In this document: positions 59,239-64,000 of the stretch, in pieces
How the letters are laid out: each line of letters starts with the position of its first letter
Position numbering within the stretch: the stretch's first letter is position 1
Source: Planctomycetota bacterium
GTDB lineage: Bacteria > Planctomycetota > UBA1135 > UBA2386
Assembly (NCBI GenBank): GCA_965223545.1
Contig: OZ245006.1
Location: forward strand, 6,976,001-7,040,000
Length of the DNA: 64,000 bases
Reading direction: 5' to 3'
The notes under the pieces: model-generated
What the model was told of the DNA's origin: nothing
Database searches by the model: none
Seen by the model: the letters and a program-made list of their open reading frames with translations, nothing else
Translations under genes and position numbers: made by a program

Positions 59239-60339
59239 GTGACGCAACCTGAAGACTCGCCCGCCGTGGCGGTCGTCGATCGCCTGCTGCGCACCGCCTG
59301 TGCCCGCGGCGCCAGCGACTTGCACCTCGATCCGAGCGCGGACGGGGTCCGCGTGCGGTTGCGCTGCGATGGCGCCCTGCAGACCGTGGAGACCCTGCCG
59401 GCGGAGCTGGCGCCCCGGCTGGTCGGCCGCTGCAAGGCGCTGGCGGAGTTGCTGGTCTATCGCAGCGACGTGCCGCAGGAAGGGCGGGTCGACGCGGCGA
59501 GATCGGGAGTCGCGCGTGAGCTGCGCGTCGCCACGTATCCGACCGTCAGCGGCGAGCGCGTCGCGGTGCGGCTCGACAGTCGGGACGGCGCGCCGCGTCG
59601 GTTGGCCGAGCTGGGGCTCGACGCTGGCGTGGTGGAGGCGCTGTCGCTGGCCTTGGCGGCGCCCGACGGCGTCGTGCTGGTGACCGGGCCTTCGGGCAGT
59701 GGCAAGACGACGACGTTGTACTCCTGTCTGCTGCACCTGCTGGCGCAGTCGGAGGAACGCGCGTTGGTCAGCGTCGAGGACCCGGTCGAACGCCGGATCG
59801 ATGGCGTGGTGCAAACCGAGGTCGACGCCGTCGCCGGCCTGGACTTCTCCGGTGCCCTGCGCTCGCTCTTGCGGCAGGACCCCGACGTGATCCTGATTGG
59901 TGAAGTGCGGGACCCCGAAACCGCGCGCATCGCGCTCAAGGCCGGTCTCACCGGTCATCTCGTCCTGGCGACGGTGCACGCCAAGGGCGCCGCCGAGGTG
60001 TTCGCCCGCATGCTCGATCTGGGCGTCGAACCGTTCGCCCTGACGACCACGGTGCGCGGCGTACTGTCGCAGCGCCTGCTGCGCCGGCGTTGCCCGTGTG
60101 CCGGTGCCGGCTGTGGGCGCTGCCACGGCTCGGGCTACAGCGGGCGAATGCCGGTCGCCGAGTGGCTACCGATGCACGAGCCGCTGCGCGCGGCGGTACT
60201 GGCGCGCGCCGACGGCGAGGCCCTGGAGCACGCCGCGCGGCAGGGGGGAACCAGTGGGTTGCGGGAGGTCGCAGCCCGATGCGTGATGCGGGGCGAGACC
60301 GACACCAAGGAGGTGGAACGTGTCCTCGGCAGAAACTGA
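59239..60339 (+). CDS. GspE/PulE-type secretion ATPase
   Basis: ASDLH, GPSGSGKTTT, EDPVE, LRQDPDVILIGEVRD, TGHLVLATVH. Confidence 0.93.
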   Translation: MTQPEDSPAVAVVDRLLRTACARGASDLHLDPSADGVRVRLRCDGALQTVETLPAELAPRLVGRCKALAELLVYRSDVPQEGRVDAARSGVARELRVATYPTVSGERVAVRLDSRDGAPRRLAELGLDAGVVEALSLALAAPDGVVLVTGPSGSGKTTTLYSCLLHLLAQSEERALVSVEDPVERRIDGVVQTEVDAVAGLDFSGALRSLLRQDPDVILIGEVRDPETARIALKAGLTGHLVLATVHAKGAAEVFARMLDLGVEPFALTTTVRGVLSQRLLRRRCPCAGAGCGRCHGSGYSGRMPVAEWLPMHEPLRAAVLARADGEALEHAARQGGTSGLREVAARCVMRGETDTKEVERVLGRN

Positions 60340-61426
60340 GACCAAGACCGTCGAGTCGTTGGCAGGCGCGTCGGCCGGGCTGCCACCCGGACCCGGCCAG
60401 CCGCCGCGAGGTGAGCTGGCCCTGTTGCATCACAGCTTGGCCGAGTACTTCCGCAGCGGTCTACCACTGCCGCGCGCGTTGGCCGCGCTCGGCGCCGAGC
60501 TGCGCGGCGGGCGCTTGCGTTCGGCGTGCGCGCGCATCGCCGCCGATGTCGACGTTGGCACTCCGTTCGCCGAGGCCTACGCCCGCCACGGTGCGGTGTT
60601 CCCACCGGTGTACCGCGCGCTGGTCGAGGCCGGCCAGCGCGGTGGCGCGATGAGCGCGGTACTCGATGAGATCGCGTGCCACGCCAGCCTCGTCGAACGC
60701 GTGCGCCAGCAGCTGCGCCGCCAGCTGGAGGCGCCGTTGTGGGGGGCGGCGATGGTCATCGGCGTCGCCCTCTTCGTCGCCTGCTTCGTGGCGCCGCTGC
60801 CGCCGATCGAGGTTCTGATCGGCCCCTCCAATGGTGGTGGGTGGTCGGCGAGCGAGTTGTCACTACCCGTCGGTCTCGCCCTACTGGTCGCCGGCGCGCT
60901 CGTCGTGGTACTGTTTGCCTGGTTGCGCAGGCCACTCGACGCCGCGGGACCGGCCGGGCTGCGCTATCGCTTGCCGGTCTTGGGGCGCCTGCACGCGGAT
61001 GCCGCGGTGGCCGGCTTTGCCGCCACGGCGGCGCTGTTGCTGCGCCGGCGGATGCCGCTCGAGCGCGCGCTCGCATTGTGCGCCGAGACCGCCGCCGACG
61101 CCGGTGTCCGGGCCGCCGCCGGTCGCATGGCGGCCGCCGCCGGCAGCGGCGCGTCTGCGTCCGAGGCATTGGCGCGCGGCGGGCTCATCCCAGCGAGCCT
61201 GCTGTGGTTCGTCGATGCGGCCGCGGCCAGTGGGGGCGACGGTGCGGCGCGCGCGCTGGACGACATCGCCGCGCTCTACCGGCAGCGGGTCGAGCGCGCG
61301 GCCGAGCGCGCTGGGGTGTACGCAGTTCCTCTTCTGCAGCTCGCCGCCGGCGTCGTCGTCCTGGTGCTGGCGCTCGGTTATGCCTTCCCGGGCCTGCACT
61401 TGACCGGCGCGTTGTGGGGTTCGTGA
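60320..61426 (+). CDS. Type II secretion system F/PilC family protein
   Basis: SGLPLPRAL, VFPPVYRALVEAGQRGG, LPVLG. Confidence 0.82.
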   Translation: MSSAETETKTVESLAGASAGLPPGPGQPPRGELALLHHSLAEYFRSGLPLPRALAALGAELRGGRLRSACARIAADVDVGTPFAEAYARHGAVFPPVYRALVEAGQRGGAMSAVLDEIACHASLVERVRQQLRRQLEAPLWGAAMVIGVALFVACFVAPLPPIEVLIGPSNGGGWSASELSLPVGLALLVAGALVVVLFAWLRRPLDAAGPAGLRYRLPVLGRLHADAAVAGFAATAALLLRRRMPLERALALCAETAADAGVRAAAGRMAAAAGSGASASEALARGGLIPASLLWFVDAAAASGGDGAARALDDIAALYRQRVERAAERAGVYAVPLLQLAAGVVVLVLALGYAFPGLHLTGALWGS

Positions 61427-62529
61427 TGAAGCTCGCCTTCGAGGGATGGATGGCGTGTGGGGCTCTCGCCGCGGGTGGGGTTCTGCTGGCGCGCAGTCTC
61501 GGTGCGTGGTGGGGGGCGCGCGCCAGCACGGAACTCGGCGGGCGCATTCTCGACTTGGTGGTGATCGCCACCAAGTGGCAGCAACCGCTGGCCCCGGTGC
61601 TGGCGCGAGCCGCGGGTGAGGCGCGCGGGGCGGCCAAGCGCCGGTTGACCGACGTTGCCGCTCGCCTGCAGGCGGGCGATGGGCTGGCCGACGCGCTGCA
61701 TGCCGGTGCGGGGCGCTGCTTTTCGGAGCCGACCCTCGCCGCGGTGCGCGCGGCCGAGGGGGGGCCACAGCTGGCGGGCGTCGTGCAGCGGCTCGCGGTG
61801 CAGCGCGATGCCGCCCAGGAAGTGCGCCACCGCGCGCTCTTGGCGGCGGGCTATCCGGCCATGGTGGCAGCCCTCCTGCTCGGCTTTCAGGTCTTGGGTG
61901 GACGGCTGCGGCCGCGACCGGACGCGTCGTTGCCGGCGTTCGAGTGGCCGCACGTGGCGATCTGGTTGGTCAGCATCGCTTTCTTGGCGGCTTGGCTCGG
62001 GCTCGCCCTCGGTCGCTTCACGCCGCAGCGCGGTTGGGCGGCGAGAGTGCGTGGGCTGTTCGCCGAGCGCGTGCCCGTGCTCGGACCGCGGTTGACGGAG
62101 CTGGGAGTCGCGCGCGCGCTCGATGCGGCGGGGGCGGCGATCGCCGCGGGCCAGCCACTCCCCGCTGCCTTGCGGGCGGCGGCTCCGGCCGCGGGTGCGC
62201 CCCGGCTCGAGGTCGGTCTGCGCACCGCCGCGGTGCGCCTCGCTGCGGGCGCCGACCTGGGGGCCGCGCTGGCGGGCGCTCCGCTGCCGCCGGCGGTGGC
62301 CGTCCGGCTCGCCGCCTACCAGGGCGACCGCGCCGGGCTCGCGCGCTTGTGCGGAGGCCTGGCAAGAGAGTTGCGCCGCCGACTGGCGGAAGGCTTCGAC
62401 GCGGTGCTGGGCTGGGCGCGGCCGTTGGCGGTGCTGGCCCTGGGCATCGTCGTCGCCCTCCAGCTGAGCGCGCTGCTGGGATGGTTGGACGCGGTGCGGT
62501 TGCGGCCGATGGAGAGGGCGCCATGGTGA
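61426..62529 (+). CDS. Second, divergent GspF/PilC family protein
   Basis: RLQAGDGLADAL, YPAMV, VPVLG, AGQPLPAAL. Confidence 0.75.
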   Translation: MKLAFEGWMACGALAAGGVLLARSLGAWWGARASTELGGRILDLVVIATKWQQPLAPVLARAAGEARGAAKRRLTDVAARLQAGDGLADALHAGAGRCFSEPTLAAVRAAEGGPQLAGVVQRLAVQRDAAQEVRHRALLAAGYPAMVAALLLGFQVLGGRLRPRPDASLPAFEWPHVAIWLVSIAFLAAWLGLALGRFTPQRGWAARVRGLFAERVPVLGPRLTELGVARALDAAGAAIAAGQPLPAALRAAAPAAGAPRLEVGLRTAAVRLAAGADLGAALAGAPLPPAVAVRLAAYQGDRAGLARLCGGLARELRRRLAEGFDAVLGWARPLAVLALGIVVALQLSALLGWLDAVRLRPMERAPW

Positions 62530-62924
62530 GAGCGAACCTGCGCGCGGGAATGGTCTTCGTCGAGCTGGTCTGCGCGATGGCCGTGCTCGGTGTGGTCTCG
62601 CTCGCGTTGAGCGGCAGTGGCTTCGAGCACGGTCGCGCCGCGGCGCGGGCGTTGCGGGGCGAGGTCGCGCTGCGGGCGGCCGAGGCCGAGCTGGAGGCGG
62701 TGCGGGCGGCCGGCACTCCGCCGGTCATCGGGGTCGATGAGCGGCCGGTCAGCCCGCCGGTGCGCGCTCGGTTGCCGGCGGCGCGGATCGTTCGCGACGT
62801 CACCGAGATCCGCCCCGGCCTGTATCGGATCGACGTGCGCGTTCGGTGGCGGGTTGCGGAAGCGGGCAGCGCGCGACAGCTCGAGCTGACGACGCTGTAT
62901 TGGGATCGGGGGAGTCGGTCATGA
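62523..62924 (+). CDS. Pseudopilin/prepilin-like protein
   Basis: RAG|MVFVEL cleavage motif. Confidence 0.75.
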   Translation: MVRANLRAGMVFVELVCAMAVLGVVSLALSGSGFEHGRAAARALRGEVALRAAEAELEAVRAAGTPPVIGVDERPVSPPVRARLPAARIVRDVTEIRPGLYRIDVRVRWRVAEAGSARQLELTTLYWDRGSRS

Positions 62925-63379
62925 ACCGCGGGTTCACGGTCTTGGAGCTGATGGTTGCGGTGGCGTTGATCTCCTCGTTCTCCGTGATCTCGCTGTCGCT
63001 GTGGCACCGCGCGCACGACGAGCGGATCTGGGCGGAGCGCAGCCAGCGCGACGTGGTCGAGTGGCGCCGGGCGCTGGCCTCCCTCGCCGGGGATCTGCGC
63101 GCGGCGCACCGGGTCGCGCCGCGCAGCGGTGAGGGGCTGCGCATCGAGCGCGCGACCGGCGTGGTCGACTGGGAGGTGCGCGGCGGCAGCCTGTGTCGGA
63201 TCGAGGGCGGTGGGTCCCGGGAGATCGCCGGCCGCGTGCGGCGGTTCGAGGCGACCATCGGCAACGGACTGGTGCGCTGCGTGCTCTGGGGTCGCGGTCG
63301 GCGTCTACCGTCGTCTTCGGTTCCGCTCGAGCTCGTCATCGCGCCGCGTGGCTTCGGCGGAGGCAGCGATGGCGAGTGA
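62921..63379 (+). CDS. Pseudopilin with N-methylation motif
   Basis: RG|FTVLELMVAV. Confidence 0.85.
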   Translation: MNRGFTVLELMVAVALISSFSVISLSLWHRAHDERIWAERSQRDVVEWRRALASLAGDLRAAHRVAPRSGEGLRIERATGVVDWEVRGGSLCRIEGGGSREIAGRVRRFEATIGNGLVRCVLWGRGRRLPSSSVPLELVIAPRGFGGGSDGE

Positions 63380-63770
63380 GCGCGGCCTCGCCTTGATCCC
63401 CGCGCTCGTCCTCGTGGTGGTCCTCGGCGGCACCATCGCCGCCCTGTCCGCCGGCAGCCGGCGCCTCGCGGCGGGAGACATCGACGCGGCCGCGGAAGTG
63501 CGCGCCCTGCAGGCGGCGGACGGCGGGTTGCAGCTGGCGCTCTGGGCCCTGTCGCGCGACGTCGACTTCGCCGGCGAGAGGCTGCAGATCGGTCTGTCGA
63601 CCGTGGAGGTCGTCGTCGAACGCGACGGTGGTGTGGTGCGGGTGCGCAGCCTGGCGCGCTGCTGGCCGCGCGGTGAGCACGCGCCGCCGCGCGCAGTGGG
63701 GGTGACGATGCGCGTCGTGTTCGGCGATGACGGGCGTCCACGCGGAGTCGGGTGGCGCCGCTTTCAGTGA
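63369..63770 (+). CDS. GspK/PilX-like minor pilin
   Basis: ERG|LALIPAL lacking Glu5; ALQAADGGL. Confidence 0.7.
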   Translation: MASERGLALIPALVLVVVLGGTIAALSAGSRRLAAGDIDAAAEVRALQAADGGLQLALWALSRDVDFAGERLQIGLSTVEVVVERDGGVVRVRSLARCWPRGEHAPPRAVGVTMRVVFGDDGRPRGVGWRRFQ

Positions 63771-63804
63771 AGGCGAGCTGTCGATTCGCGCAGCGCCCGC
63801 GGTC

Positions 63805-64000
63805 TCACCTGCCGACCGCTTGGAACGACAGCAGCTCGATGCGCGGCGTCAGGTAGTCGTCGCGCATCGGTTCGGCCTGGCACAGGTCGGTGGTCAGGTA
63901 TTTCTTGTTGCTGTCGGCGAACACCGTGGCGACGTGCGCGCCGCGGCCCTGCGCCCGCGCCACCTTGACGGCGCCGATGAAGTTCGCGCCCGCGCTGATG
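63805..64000 (-). CDS. PLP-dependent cysteine synthase family protein (C-terminal part only)
   Basis: ISAGANFIGAV..VATVFADSNKKYLTT. Confidence 0.75.
   Translation of the reverse strand, partial: ISAGANFIGAVKVARAQGRGAHVATVFADSNKKYLTTDLCQAEPMRDDYLTPRIELLSFQAVGR

Overview
A high-GC bacterial window whose gene content suggests Planctomycetota (inference). Housekeeping blocks include purA-uppS-cdsA-phoH-ybeY, a FliA/WhiG sigma factor, lysA, psd and an argR-C-B-D-F-G-H-A operon with an ARG box. It also has envelope-modification genes (glycosyltransferases, three SGNH hydrolases, two B12-radical SAM enzymes), secreted proteins and a minimal type II secretion/pilus-like cluster. The standout region is 36.4-39.2 kb: a tandem array of ~200-bp structured repeats with compensatory base changes, into which an IS110 element has inserted without target duplication. 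The element's non-coding end carries four short segments matching target and donor in the canonical bridge-RNA order, and its recombinase has Thr at the position of the usual catalytic Ser. Other points of interest are a frameshifted ECF-sigma-like gene, a MITE-like element, and twin hairpins with near-identical loops but different stems. All calls are made by eye from motifs; no database searches or folding programs were run.
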